A stretch of DNA of 64,000 nucleotides, from contig JBILLK010000002.1 of the NCBI GenBank assembly GCA_044376115.1, positions 192,001-256,000 of the forward strand, written 5' to 3'. Below, piece after piece: positions 1 through 8,937 of this stretch. The notes below the pieces were generated by a model, which saw nothing but the letters and a program-made list of their open reading frames with translations, did no database searches and was not told the origin of the DNA. This stretch comes from Polyangiaceae bacterium. Lineage in GTDB: Bacteria; Myxococcota_A; Polyangia; Polyangiales; Polyangiaceae. A program made the translations under genes and the position numbers. Numbering within the stretch: position 1 is the stretch's first letter; each line of letters begins with the position of its first letter.

Positions 1-2
1 AA

Positions 3-227
3 AAGGCGAACTTCCGTTCGGCTCGCTTGAACTGGGCGGACCTTTCAAAGGCGAACTTCGCAGCCACCGATTTGTCCTCGGCGGATCTTTCGTCAGCCAA
101 CCTTCACGCCTTCATCGATCGAGGGGCTGTGATGGCTGGAACCAATATGACCTCCGTTCGCGGCACCGACGAGGGGCGGCTGCGTGCGGATAACTGGCAA
201 CCGCCTGCGGGCCCGCGACCCTCCTAG
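3..227 (+). CDS. Pentapeptide-repeat protein, C-terminal fragment (5' end outside window)
   Basis: Frame is open from base 3 and reads KANFRSARLNWADLSKANFAATDLSSADLSSANL, i.e. A(D/N)(L/F)xx repeats. Lies directly upstream of DUF3540/DUF4150 genes. Confidence 0.85.
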   Translation, partial: KANFRSARLNWADLSKANFAATDLSSADLSSANLHAFIDRGAVMAGTNMTSVRGTDEGRLRADNWQPPAGPRPS

Positions 228-275
228 CTCGGCTGCGAAAACGATCGTCCTCCGAATCACGAAGAAAGAAGCACG

Positions 276-872
276 ATGGCCAACGTCCTAAGAAAAGCGC
301 ACGACGACGAGTCACCCTCTGGCGCCGTGGAAGCGGGTAAGGCGGTGCTTACGAGCGCGCCCGTCGGGCCCGGCACTTGGCTGTCGCCAGGCCGCGTGAT
401 CGAAGTGCAGGCTCACGGCGTCCGTTTGCAGCTACCCGACGGTCGCGAGGTGTTCGCGCGGATGGCGCTCCCGCTGAGCTACGAGGCGGCGCTGGGAGAC
501 GAGCTGCTGCTGCTCGGAGATGCAAACAGCGCCTACGTCACCGGCGTGCTCAGCGGCAAAGGCCAGACGCGGCTTGCGCTAAAGGGCGACGTGAGCCTTG
601 CGACGGACGGCAAGCTCGAGCTCTCTTCGCAGACGAGCATCTCGCTCGATGCCCCGAGCGTCGAGGTGCGCGCCGACAGGCTGCACACGGTGGCAGGCCG
701 CGTGACCGAAGTGTTCGATTCAGTGCGAAAGACAGTGCGGCAGCTGCTCTCGGTGAGGGCGGGCGAGCAGCACACGCTGGTGGAAGGCACGAGCCAGCTT
801 GTGGCCAAGAACGCACGCACGCTCTCCGAGGGCAAGGTCACGATCAACGGCAAAGAGATTTTCCTCGGCTGA
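276..872 (+). CDS. DUF3540-family protein (T6SS/contractile injection spike-associated)
   Basis: N-terminal OB-like segment (ARMALPLSYEAALGDELLL...YVTGVL), beta-helix-like C-terminus ending VTINGKEIFLG, and position between pentapeptide and DUF4150 genes. Confidence 0.75.
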   Translation: MANVLRKAHDDESPSGAVEAGKAVLTSAPVGPGTWLSPGRVIEVQAHGVRLQLPDGREVFARMALPLSYEAALGDELLLLGDANSAYVTGVLSGKGQTRLALKGDVSLATDGKLELSSQTSISLDAPSVEVRADRLHTVAGRVTEVFDSVRKTVRQLLSVRAGEQHTLVEGTSQLVAKNARTLSEGKVTINGKEIFLG

Positions 873-885
873 AAGAGGCTCTGCA

Positions 886-1851
886 ATGCTTCCTGCATCC
901 AATCGTGGCCCCGGCCAATCGCTCGGTTTTCCCGACACCTGCTTGACCCCAGCGGCTCCGTCTCCGATCCCCGTTCCTTACCCGAACATCGCGATGAACG
1001 CGCAAGCATCGCCCTTCTCGACGTCGGTGAAGGTCAACATGATGAACGCGTTGAACCTCATCAGCTCGATCCCGATGACCTCCGGGGATGAGGCGGGCAG
1101 CGCCCATCCGATGGTGAAGATGGCTCAGCGTTACACGCTTGGGAGCTTCAACGTCTTCATCGAGGGAATGCCTGGAATTCACCTAGGCAGCTTGACCACG
1201 CACAACAACATGAACTGCCCGGTCGGAGCGGTGATCGTTCCGAGCGCGCCCAACGTGACCTACTCCCTCGCGAGCAGCGGCGCGGTGGATCCGCGAGCAA
1301 CACGCGCGATCTCGAACTCCGAGTACGTGGCGCTCGGTCAGCTCGGAAGCTCGATTCGCGAGCTTTTGCAGCACGAAGGCGAGCTTACCTTGCGACTCGG
1401 CGTGATCGGCGAAGCGGCTGCGCACGAGGTGGAGGCTGCGCTTCGCAGCGCCGGGCCCGTCGAACGGCTGGTGCTGGATCTGAGCGAGTCACCGGGTGGC
1501 AGCCTCGAAGGGGCCGTTACCCTCGCGAGTCTGTTCTTGGCCGACGGGCTCATCCTTGGGCAGCTGGTCGAGCAAGACGGCGACACCAGGCTGTTGGTCT
1601 CGAGAGGTGGCGCCTGCTTCGATATGCCGCTCACGCTCCTGATCAGCGATCAGACAGCCTCGAGCGCCGAGCTGCTGGCCGGGGCGTTATCGCACCACGG
1701 CAGAGCGGTGCTGCGTGGTGAGCGCAGCTTCGGTAAGGGCGTAACCCATGAGCTCGGCGTAGCCTGCGACGGTGAGGTGGCGCTGGTGCGCTCTGGTGAG
1801 GTGTTGCTGCCGAGCGGGGCTTCGATCGACGGGGTGGGGGTGACCCCGTAG
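886..1851 (+). CDS. DUF4150 (PAAR-like) domain fused to an S41 (tail-specific protease-like) domain
   Basis: N-terminus FPDTCLTP..PIPVPYPN...GDEAG...GSFNVFIEG..THNNMN is DUF4150-like. C-terminus has VLDLSESPGG, TASSAE and GERSFGKG S41 motifs. ATG 886 follows an AGAGG SD; the ORF-track start at 799 overlaps the upstream gene. Confidence 0.85.
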   Translation: MLPASNRGPGQSLGFPDTCLTPAAPSPIPVPYPNIAMNAQASPFSTSVKVNMMNALNLISSIPMTSGDEAGSAHPMVKMAQRYTLGSFNVFIEGMPGIHLGSLTTHNNMNCPVGAVIVPSAPNVTYSLASSGAVDPRATRAISNSEYVALGQLGSSIRELLQHEGELTLRLGVIGEAAAHEVEAALRSAGPVERLVLDLSESPGGSLEGAVTLASLFLADGLILGQLVEQDGDTRLLVSRGGACFDMPLTLLISDQTASSAELLAGALSHHGRAVLRGERSFGKGVTHELGVACDGEVALVRSGEVLLPSGASIDGVGVTP

Positions 1852-1852
1852 A

Positions 1853-2233
1853 TCAGCGGTAGGTCGCGGTGGCGATGTGCTTGAGGACGCGCCGGCATTG
1901 AGCCGTACCCACGGAGCCGTAACAGGCGTCCTCGCCGGTGAAGGATTCGCGGCCATCTTTGAGATCGCGCAGGATGCTGTGAGTCAAATCGTGACCACCT
2001 CCTTTGCACGACGAGTCCCCGCAACCCACCTCGAATAGAGCGGGGGCAGCCGCCACCACGACGCGGCGCATGTACGTCACCGGTTGGGCGGCCTCGGAGG
2101 CTTGCTCGACGAACTGGATGTCGAGCGTGACCAACTTAGGCACCTCGGTCGTGAGCCGCGGGGCTGCCGCCTCGCGGTCTTTACGTTCGGCGGTTCGAAG
2201 GGCTACTGCGGAAGTTTTTCGGTGAAAAGCCAT
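1853..2233 (-). CDS. Conserved hypothetical protein, possible Zn-binding (CxxxxCxxGGH...C...C)
   Basis: 126-aa ORF from ATG 2233 with clustered Cys/His residues; convergent on the PAAR-S41 gene. Confidence 0.6.
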   Translation of the reverse strand: MAFHRKTSAVALRTAERKDREAAAPRLTTEVPKLVTLDIQFVEQASEAAQPVTYMRRVVVAAAPALFEVGCGDSSCKGGGHDLTHSILRDLKDGRESFTGEDACYGSVGTAQCRRVLKHIATATYR

Positions 2234-2253
2234 GTTTGTTTGAACGAGAGGGC

Positions 2254-2553
2254 TCAGTCGCCGAGCTCGTGATCGTCCTCTTCGGGTTGTTGGTTGGACA
2301 GCCAAGTTCGGCGGGCCGCAGCGTAGGCCACGTGTACCGCCTCCTCGATTTCTTTGAAGCTGACGAGGGCCGGGTGCTCGCGCCGCAACGACGACTCGAC
2401 GCGAGCGCGGGCTTCGCGAATCGTCCCAGGCCAGCCGCCTCGCACGATGCGATGTTCCGCGACAACGGCGGCGATTTGTTGGCGCGCCCAGTCGACCCCA
2501 GCGCGCTCAGCGACCTGCTTGGGCGTCAGTAGCTCCGGTGGATGCGCGGACAA
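2254..2553 (-). CDS. Small hypothetical protein
   Basis: 99-aa ORF co-oriented 20 bp upstream of the previous gene; contains GGWPGTIREAR and an acidic C-terminus. Confidence 0.5.
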   Translation of the reverse strand: MSAHPPELLTPKQVAERAGVDWARQQIAAVVAEHRIVRGGWPGTIREARARVESSLRREHPALVSFKEIEEAVHVAYAAARRTWLSNQQPEEDDHELGD

Positions 2554-2769
2554 TCTTGCGTTCTCTCTCTCGATTCACGAGACGAAACTCAGCAAAGCGA
2601 GTCGCGATCCCGAGAGACGAGAGGCGTCTATCCGTGCAGGGAGACGTGAGGTGAGTTAGCGCACCCTACGGGCAATCGCTTGATACCGCAAGGCGCGGCG
2701 CACCGGCGGCGAAGTTCTTGCACCACGCAACCTGGGCCAGCTCGCTCAACCTCGGCTATCGTCGCGCCC

Positions 2770-3771
2770 GTGAGTACTCGACGCCCCGTTCACACCCTCT
2801 GTCTGTTCTCCCTTGTGGCCCTGATGCTCGGCTGCGGCGAGAACAACCAATCCGCGACCTCGGCCTCCGCCAGCGCGCCCCCTCCAGCTTGTTCGACGTT
2901 GCCGTTTGCGGACGCCCTCACGCGCTGCAAAGACAACGACGCCAAGTGTTGCGACGTCGTGGCGCAAACGAGCGACCCCAAGAGCGAGGGTCACCTCGAC
3001 GTGCTCGCGGTCACCTGCGGAGGCGGTAACGAGACCAGCTGCCAAAGCGTGCGAGACGCAGCGCGAGACCCGAAGTGGAAGCTCGATGCGCTGGATAAAG
3101 CCTGCACTCGCTTTGGTCGCTGGACCTGTCGCTCAGCCGTGCTCCTCGCCATCGTTCATGATTGGGACCGCGTTCCCAAGGTGTTTGAGAACTATTGCCG
3201 ACAATCCGGCGATCCGGAGCTGCGGGTTGCGGCACAGACCTTCAAGTGTCCCTCCTACGCGAAGTCGAACTTGGAGTCCTTGAAGGCGGACGGTGCACGT
3301 TGTCGCGAGGGTGCCCTCGATGCGTGCAAGGTGCTCGCTGACGTCGATGCCGCCAGCAAGAAGCTGCTGATGAGCGCGACGTGGGACAAGCGTGGCGTGA
3401 ACGCCGACGTCGCCTCGGAGCACTGGGTGATGCCGTTCGAGCTGACCGAGGAAAAGCCAGAGGGCAACGTCGCTTTCTCCAGTGAGGACAAGGCCCTGGC
3501 TCCCGCGCTCAAGCCACTCGAGAAGGCGAGCAGCGAGAAGCTGCGCAAGTGCCTCGGTGCTCGCGTCAATCGCGACGACAAGTTGAAGGGTGAGCTCACC
3601 GTGGAGCTGAACCTCGACAATGCCTCAAAGGTTGCTTACGGCATCGCTAAGGAGACGCTCTTTCTCGAGCCCCGCGTGGCGAAGTGTTTCCTCGCTTCGC
3701 TGCAAGACCTTCCGGTGGAAGGCGCCAAAGCCAACTCCAAGGCGCTCGTCACAGTTAAAGTTAAGCCTTAA
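2770..3771 (+). CDS. Cys-rich lipoprotein with Sel1/HcpB-like repeats and a C-terminal TonB_C/AgmX-PglI-like domain
   Basis: Lipobox ALMLGC; repeated C-x3-7-C pairs; C-terminus LRKCLG...LKGELTVELNLD...VAKCFLASL. GTG start at 2770 inferred. Confidence 0.6.
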   Translation: MSTRRPVHTLCLFSLVALMLGCGENNQSATSASASAPPPACSTLPFADALTRCKDNDAKCCDVVAQTSDPKSEGHLDVLAVTCGGGNETSCQSVRDAARDPKWKLDALDKACTRFGRWTCRSAVLLAIVHDWDRVPKVFENYCRQSGDPELRVAAQTFKCPSYAKSNLESLKADGARCREGALDACKVLADVDAASKKLLMSATWDKRGVNADVASEHWVMPFELTEEKPEGNVAFSSEDKALAPALKPLEKASSEKLRKCLGARVNRDDKLKGELTVELNLDNASKVAYGIAKETLFLEPRVAKCFLASLQDLPVEGAKANSKALVTVKVKP

Positions 3772-3794
3772 CTGTTCCTCCTGAGCGTTGAGCA

Positions 3795-3809
3795 TGTTGC
3801 AGCGCAATA
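3795..3809. promoter_or_regulatory. Putative PhaR operator 1 (TGTTGCAGCGCAATA) upstream of satP-like gene
   Basis: Near-perfect palindrome TGTTGC-N3-GCAATA; same family as the sites at 3859, 12586 and 13258. Confidence 0.6.
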
Positions 3810-3858
3810 TCCTCTAGCCCGAGTTTTGGGCTATCGAGCCTTGACGTCGGCTTAAGCG

Positions 3859-3873
3859 TGTTGCACTGCACAG
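3859..3873. promoter_or_regulatory. Putative PhaR operator 2 (TGTTGCACTGCACAG)
   Basis: TGTTGC-N3-GCA core ending 6 bp before the ATG at 3880; a TTGACG -35-like hexamer sits at 3841. Confidence 0.55.
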
Positions 3874-3879
3874 CGCGCC

Positions 3880-4788
3880 ATGCTGGAACGTTATGAACTC
3901 TTTGGGCCCTCGAGCGACCGTTTCGGAAACCCAGCGCCGCTTGGCCTGCTCGGCCTGACCATCGCTTGCGCAGCGCTTGTGCCAATCGGCGCGGGTCAGG
4001 CGTTGACTGCCTCGGCCTTTGGCAGCGCCGCTGTGTATGCGCTCCTGTTTGGCGGCGGCTGCCAGTTGCTCGCCGGCCTGATGATGTTCGGCAACAAGAA
4101 CAGCTTCGGTGGGACGGTGTTCACCTGTTTCTCCTTCTTGTGGGCCATCAACGCCTGGAGCTTCTACAGCCTGTCACAAGGTCGCGTGCCGGACCACGCG
4201 GTCGGCCTCGCGGTGGAGGTGGCCTTGCTGCTCATCTTCGTCGGGCTGACCTGGGGCTTTGGTCACTTTGCAAAGATGTTGTTCTTCTTTCTCGTCGATA
4301 TCGACCTCCTGTTCGTGTTCCGCATCATTCGCAGCGTGACCCACACCAAGGCGATGGAGATGCCGATCCTCGCATGCACGCTCGGGCTTGGACTGATCGG
4401 TCTCTGGCTCGCGTTCGGTGCGCTGCTCAACCCGTTGCTTGGCCGGCCCTTGTTCGGCGTGGGAGCGCCGGTATTCCACGGACCCACCCCGCAACGCTTC
4501 GACTGGTCGGTGCGCAAGACGCTGTTCACCGTCCTCTACGGCCACTGGCAGAAGTCGGCCTTCCGACCGGTCTCGCTCGAAACGCTGCGCAGCGAGATGA
4601 AGGCCGCAGGCATCGATAAGGCGCTCGAGCCGGATCTGTTCTACCTCTCCGAGCTCGGCTTCGTTGTGCTCAGCTGTGCGGACGCAGACCCGCACACGAT
4701 CGAGACAGTGCGGCTCCACGCCAAGGGCGTCGACATTCACGAGCAGCTGGTGCTCAACAAGTACGCGCCAGCAGCCGCTGGGCACTAG
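3880..4788 (+). CDS. satP: GPR1/FUN34/YaaH (SatP) acetate/monocarboxylate transporter with a soluble C-terminal extension
   Basis: Family signature GNPAPLGL, GGGCQLLAG, NSFGGTVF; about six hydrophobic helices followed by ~100 extra soluble residues. Confidence 0.8.
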   Translation: MLERYELFGPSSDRFGNPAPLGLLGLTIACAALVPIGAGQALTASAFGSAAVYALLFGGGCQLLAGLMMFGNKNSFGGTVFTCFSFLWAINAWSFYSLSQGRVPDHAVGLAVEVALLLIFVGLTWGFGHFAKMLFFFLVDIDLLFVFRIIRSVTHTKAMEMPILACTLGLGLIGLWLAFGALLNPLLGRPLFGVGAPVFHGPTPQRFDWSVRKTLFTVLYGHWQKSAFRPVSLETLRSEMKAAGIDKALEPDLFYLSELGFVVLSCADADPHTIETVRLHAKGVDIHEQLVLNKYAPAAAGH

Positions 4789-4890
4789 GACTGACACGCC
4801 CAGCGCTTTCGAGGGCGGTCTCGCTAGGTGAGACCGCCGAGTGGCGCGCAGGGCCGAGTGGTGCGCAAGGCACAAGCCCGCTACGAACGC

Positions 4891-5997
4891 TCAACTCGCG
4901 ACGTTGGCAACGCTGGCCTGGCTGGGTGCACCGCTAGCCGCCGCCGGTTCGGGCAGAACGGCCAGAACCGCAGGCTGGCCAGCAGCATCTCGCTTCGACC
5001 AGAAGGTCGCCATCGCTGGCCAAAGCCCTTTGGCCGCCTTCTTCGAGATCACTGCGCCGACGTGGCCGCCAGCGAGATGCAGCCGGTGTTTGTCGGTTGC
5101 ACCGATGTGGTCCATCAGCACGGCCGCGCTCTGCCACGGCACGATGGCGTCGTGTTCGAAGGTCACCACGTGCGTGGGTACCTTGATCGATTCAAGCCGC
5201 ACCGGGTTGGGGCCCAGCGAGAAGGTTCCTTTGAGCAAACCGTCTGCTTGATAAAGCTCCTGGATGTACTTGCGGTAGCTCGCACCGGGGAAGCTCACGT
5301 TGTCATTGCCCCAGGTCTCCAGCGCGAAGAAGCCGTCCAAGAACTCGTCGTCCCATGCGCGATCCAACATGCTTACAGCCTTCGAGGCTGGTGCGGTTGG
5401 GCGCAGCATCTGAAAGGCTGACTGCAGGATCTGCCACGGTACGTTGCCGGTGGCGTCCACCAAGGCCTTCACGTCGAACGCTTTGGTTCGCGTCCAAAGC
5501 GAGAGCATGCCTTCATCGTGAAAGGCGATCGGCGTAGCGAGAAGGGTGAGGCTCGCGATTCGCTCGGGGTGAACCGCCGCATGAATGGCCGCCAACGTGC
5601 CGCCCAAACAGTAGCCCAGCGTATGAGCCTTCTCCGCTCCGGCCGTGCGGCAGGTGACACGCAACGCACGTGCGATGTAGCGATCGGCGATGTCCTCGAA
5701 GGTTAGGAAACGGTCTTCCGAGGTGGGCGTGCCCCAGTCGATGCAATAGACGTCGAAGCCCTGACCAACGAGCCACTCGACGAAGCTCTTGCCCTTCATC
5801 AGATCGAGCACGTAATGCCGGTTGATCAGCGACGGGATCAGCAGCACCGGCGTCTTCCAAGCGAGGCCCTCAGGGCGCGCGCGGTAACGCAAGAGTCGCC
5901 ACTTGTTTTCGCTGAAAACGACGTCGGCAGGCGTTTGACCTACCTGCGGCATGGGCTTGGTGAAGCGCTTGGCGAGCGCTGCAACCCGGCCGATCAC
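4891..5997 (-). CDS. phaC: Class III-type poly(3-hydroxyalkanoate) synthase catalytic subunit
   Basis: VGQTP...PVLLIPSLINRHYVLDL, GFDVYCIDWG, lipase box GYCLGG (Cys), HDAIVP (Asp), GGHVG (His). The GTG start at 5997 overlaps the TGA of the upstream ligase (GTGA). Confidence 0.88.
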   Translation of the reverse strand: MIGRVAALAKRFTKPMPQVGQTPADVVFSENKWRLLRYRARPEGLAWKTPVLLIPSLINRHYVLDLMKGKSFVEWLVGQGFDVYCIDWGTPTSEDRFLTFEDIADRYIARALRVTCRTAGAEKAHTLGYCLGGTLAAIHAAVHPERIASLTLLATPIAFHDEGMLSLWTRTKAFDVKALVDATGNVPWQILQSAFQMLRPTAPASKAVSMLDRAWDDEFLDGFFALETWGNDNVSFPGASYRKYIQELYQADGLLKGTFSLGPNPVRLESIKVPTHVVTFEHDAIVPWQSAAVLMDHIGATDKHRLHLAGGHVGAVISKKAAKGLWPAMATFWSKRDAAGQPAVLAVLPEPAAASGAPSQASVANVAS

Positions 5998-7736
5998 GAG
6001 CCAGCCTCGTACAGCGCCTCGAACTCCCGGCCGAACGACTTCCAGACCTCTTTGCGCCGCACTTTGAGCGTGCTCGTAAGGTGACCGCCGGCGACCGTGA
6101 GCGGCACTTCCATCACGCAGAAGCGCTTGATCTGCTCGTACTTCGCGAGCTCTTGGTTGACCCGCTCCACAGCCTCGGAGACCAGCTTCTCGATCGCCTC
6201 GGTGCGACCGCCGTTGTCGATGCCGTCTTTCGCAAGGCGCGCAGCGACGGCCTCCGCATCGAGCCAAATCCCGGCCACGATGTACTTCTTGTTGTCGCCG
6301 TAAACGACGGCGTGGGACACCAACGCTTCGTCGGCGAAGCGCAGCTCAATGTTGGCGGGAGCCACGTTCTTGCCGCCCGCCGTGCACAAGATCTCCTTCT
6401 TGCGATCGACGATCTGCAAGAAGCCGTCTTCGGTGAAGCGGCCGATGTCCCCAGTCTTGAACCAGCCGTCTTCGGTGAAGGCGTCTTTGGTTGCCGCCTC
6501 TTCTTTGTGATAGCCGGCAAACACGTTGGGACCGCGAGCGAGGATCTCCCCGTCTTCCTCGAGCCGCAGTTCAACCGAGGGCAGGGGCTTGCCCACGGTG
6601 TCAAAGCGAAACTCGGCGGGCCGATTGAGGGTGAGGGTGGGGGAGCACTCGGAGAGGCCGTAGCCCTCGAGGATGAGCAGGCCGTTCTTATAGAAGAACT
6701 CCTTCACTTCGCGTTTGAGCCCGGCGCCGCCGGAGAGGCAGAAGCTCAGGCGACCACCGGTGATGGCGGCGAGCTTGGCGCGTTGCTTTGCCTCATCCGG
6801 CTGCGACATGGCGTTGACCGCGAGCTTCTCCCAGTAGGCCGGCACGCTGAAGAACACGTCGGGACGTACTTCCACCAGCTTGGTGAGCGCGTTGGCCGGG
6901 TCTCCCATGTACGTCGTCCAGCCGAGCGAGTCCCCAATGCACGACTCACCGAAGCCGAAGATGTGGCTCATCGGCAACCACAGCACGTCGATCGCTTCTT
7001 CTTTGAGCAGCGGCGCGAAGCAGCGCATCCAATCGAGCCCATTGTGGCCGACGTTGTTGTGCGTCAGCGGCACGCCTTTCGGGTTGCCGGTGGTTCCGCT
7101 TGTGTAGAGCATGAAGGCCGGGCGGTCCAAAGAGATGCCGTGCAGACGCTGCTCGAACGCCTCCGGTGCCTCCTCATCGAAGGCCTTCCCGCGCGTGAGC
7201 ACCGACTCGAAGGACAGCGTGCGCTGCTCGACATCGTCGAGCGAGGGCGCGGGCTTGCTTTGGTCCTTCAGCAACTTGAGCGCGCCTTCCACCGTGGTGC
7301 GATCATCCATCAAGATGAAGCGACGCACGGTGCTGTAGTCCTCCCAGGCGCTGAGCACGCGTGAGAAGAGCTCGTTGGTCGAGACGAACACGAAGGCGGC
7401 GTCGCAGTGTTTGACCACGTAGCCAGCTTGGCTGGCCGTGCTGGCCGGGTAGATCGGCACCATCACGCCCTGCGCCGATTGCACACCCATGGCCGAGGCC
7501 ATCCACTCCACCGAGTTGGTCGCGAAGATGGCGGCGCGCTCTCCCGGCTCCATACCAGCGCCGGCGAGAAACGACGCCACCTGCCGGATCATCCGTGCGT
7601 AGCGAGCCCAGGTGACCGCGCGCCAATCCTGGCCGTCGGGGACCATGTAGCGCACGCGTGAGGCGCGTTCTGCAAGGCGGTCGAAGACTGCGCGGGGGGC
7701 GGGTTTAATCGTCTCGTAACGCGTTAGATCCAACAT
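5994..7736 (-). CDS. Long-chain fatty-acid--CoA ligase (AMP-dependent synthetase, FadD15-like)
   Basis: YTSGTTGNPKG, EGYGLSE, GWFKTGDIG, DRKKE..TAGGKNVAP and LTSTLKVRR motifs. Confidence 0.92.
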   Translation of the reverse strand: MLDLTRYETIKPAPRAVFDRLAERASRVRYMVPDGQDWRAVTWARYARMIRQVASFLAGAGMEPGERAAIFATNSVEWMASAMGVQSAQGVMVPIYPASTASQAGYVVKHCDAAFVFVSTNELFSRVLSAWEDYSTVRRFILMDDRTTVEGALKLLKDQSKPAPSLDDVEQRTLSFESVLTRGKAFDEEAPEAFEQRLHGISLDRPAFMLYTSGTTGNPKGVPLTHNNVGHNGLDWMRCFAPLLKEEAIDVLWLPMSHIFGFGESCIGDSLGWTTYMGDPANALTKLVEVRPDVFFSVPAYWEKLAVNAMSQPDEAKQRAKLAAITGGRLSFCLSGGAGLKREVKEFFYKNGLLILEGYGLSECSPTLTLNRPAEFRFDTVGKPLPSVELRLEEDGEILARGPNVFAGYHKEEAATKDAFTEDGWFKTGDIGRFTEDGFLQIVDRKKEILCTAGGKNVAPANIELRFADEALVSHAVVYGDNKKYIVAGIWLDAEAVAARLAKDGIDNGGRTEAIEKLVSEAVERVNQELAKYEQIKRFCVMEVPLTVAGGHLTSTLKVRRKEVWKSFGREFEALYEAGS

Positions 7737-7748
7737 GAAGGTCCTCGT

Positions 7749-8045
7749 TCAGGCGTTCGGCTTGGTGCGGTCGTTGGCGGCGGCGAGCTGCTCCTCCAGA
7801 TCGAGCAGCCGGCTTTGGATTTGATTGAGCGCGTGCAGCGTGCGCTCCTGATCTCGCTTGGTTGGTAGCCCCACGACGCCCCAAACCGAGGCGACCGCGC
7901 GGTCAGCTCGTGCTTTGGTGCGCATCACCGTGGTTAGCAGGGCCCCGGCTGGCTCGAGCACCAGCGGGTTCTTCAAGGCGTCCTCGACGCGCTTGGCAGT
8001 GCTCGTTTCCCACTTATTGAAAACGTCTTTGAACTTGTCCCACAT
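7749..8045 (-). CDS. Small PhaE-like (PHA synthase partner) protein
   Basis: 98 aa. C-terminal GLPTKRDQERTLHALNQIQSRLLDLEEQL resembles the conserved PhaE C-terminal motif and coiled coil; same operon as phaC. Confidence 0.6.
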   Translation of the reverse strand: MWDKFKDVFNKWETSTAKRVEDALKNPLVLEPAGALLTTVMRTKARADRAVASVWGVVGLPTKRDQERTLHALNQIQSRLLDLEEQLAAANDRTKPNA

Positions 8046-8095
8046 ACGCGTCTCCAGCAGAGGCGACCATCAGCGCGCGCCGCGCGCGGAAAGAA

Positions 8096-8935
8096 TCAGA
8101 AGCCCAGTCTGCGCAGCTCGGCTGCCTCGGTAAAGTCGGCCGAACTCTCACCGTCAGCGCTCGTCGCGCGAGCGATCTCAGCAAAACACTCGGCGAAGAA
8201 GGAGGTCTGGTGCCGGACCACCGCAGCGCCGACGGCGGGTTCCACGGTCACCTTCGTGCGAACCCGATGGACCTGCTCGAAGGTCAGTTGCAACAAATCG
8301 ATGCGGCCGACGGCGTCTACCGAAACCTCGTACGTGTCTTTGCCCGCGTAAGGCAGGCCCAACGTCATGCCGTTCTCGATCTGGCCGCTCGAGACGAAGC
8401 TCTGCCCGACCTCGACAGGGAACTGCAGCACCGTGATCGGCGGGTTGTATACAAGCAAGGTTTGCCCTTGTTCCGGCTGTTCCTCGGCGGAGGCGATCCC
8501 GAGCAGCAGCAGCCCGCCGTCGCTGACGAGGCCGATCGACTCGAGGCTGCCGCTCTTGTTGAACGGAGTAACGAAAGCACCGTCGGCAAACTCGGCCGCG
8601 TACCACTTCCCCTCCAACGTGCTGGCCGTGACGGTGAGCGCCTCATCGTCGGCGAAGTCGGTGGAGAAGTCCCACACCAGCTCGCCCTCTTCCTCGGTAC
8701 CGGAGAGGTCAACCGTGCGCGTCTCTCCGCTGGGCGAGATCACGTAGCGGACGGGGACCCCAGCGGCGACCTCGAGCTCTTTGCGTTCGATCTTGTCGTC
8801 GAGGTTGGGAATGCAGGAGAGCACCGGCGGGTCAGGGTCACTCGCTGGATCGCGGTCGGGAGGCAGCGTGAGGTTGTCTCCACATGCGGTGACTGCACTA
8901 AGCGAAAGAATGAGGCTCAACCAACGTTGCTTCAT
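8096..8935 (-). CDS. Lipoprotein, paralogue of 11531..12568
   Basis: Lipobox AVTAC. Shares C.PN.D..I.R.E, WDFS, G.WYA..F, Y.P.v.vL.FP.EVG and F..ECF blocks with the upstream lipoprotein. Confidence 0.75.
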   Translation of the reverse strand: MKQRWLSLILSLSAVTACGDNLTLPPDRDPASDPDPPVLSCIPNLDDKIERKELEVAAGVPVRYVISPSGETRTVDLSGTEEEGELVWDFSTDFADDEALTVTASTLEGKWYAAEFADGAFVTPFNKSGSLESIGLVSDGGLLLLGIASAEEQPEQGQTLLVYNPPITVLQFPVEVGQSFVSSGQIENGMTLGLPYAGKDTYEVSVDAVGRIDLLQLTFEQVHRVRTKVTVEPAVGAAVVRHQTSFFAECFAEIARATSADGESSADFTEAAELRRLGF

Positions 8936-8937
8936 GA

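Noticed and set aside
1853..2553. Immunity genes for the PAAR-S41 effector
   Set aside because: They are on the opposite strand and show no immunity-family features.
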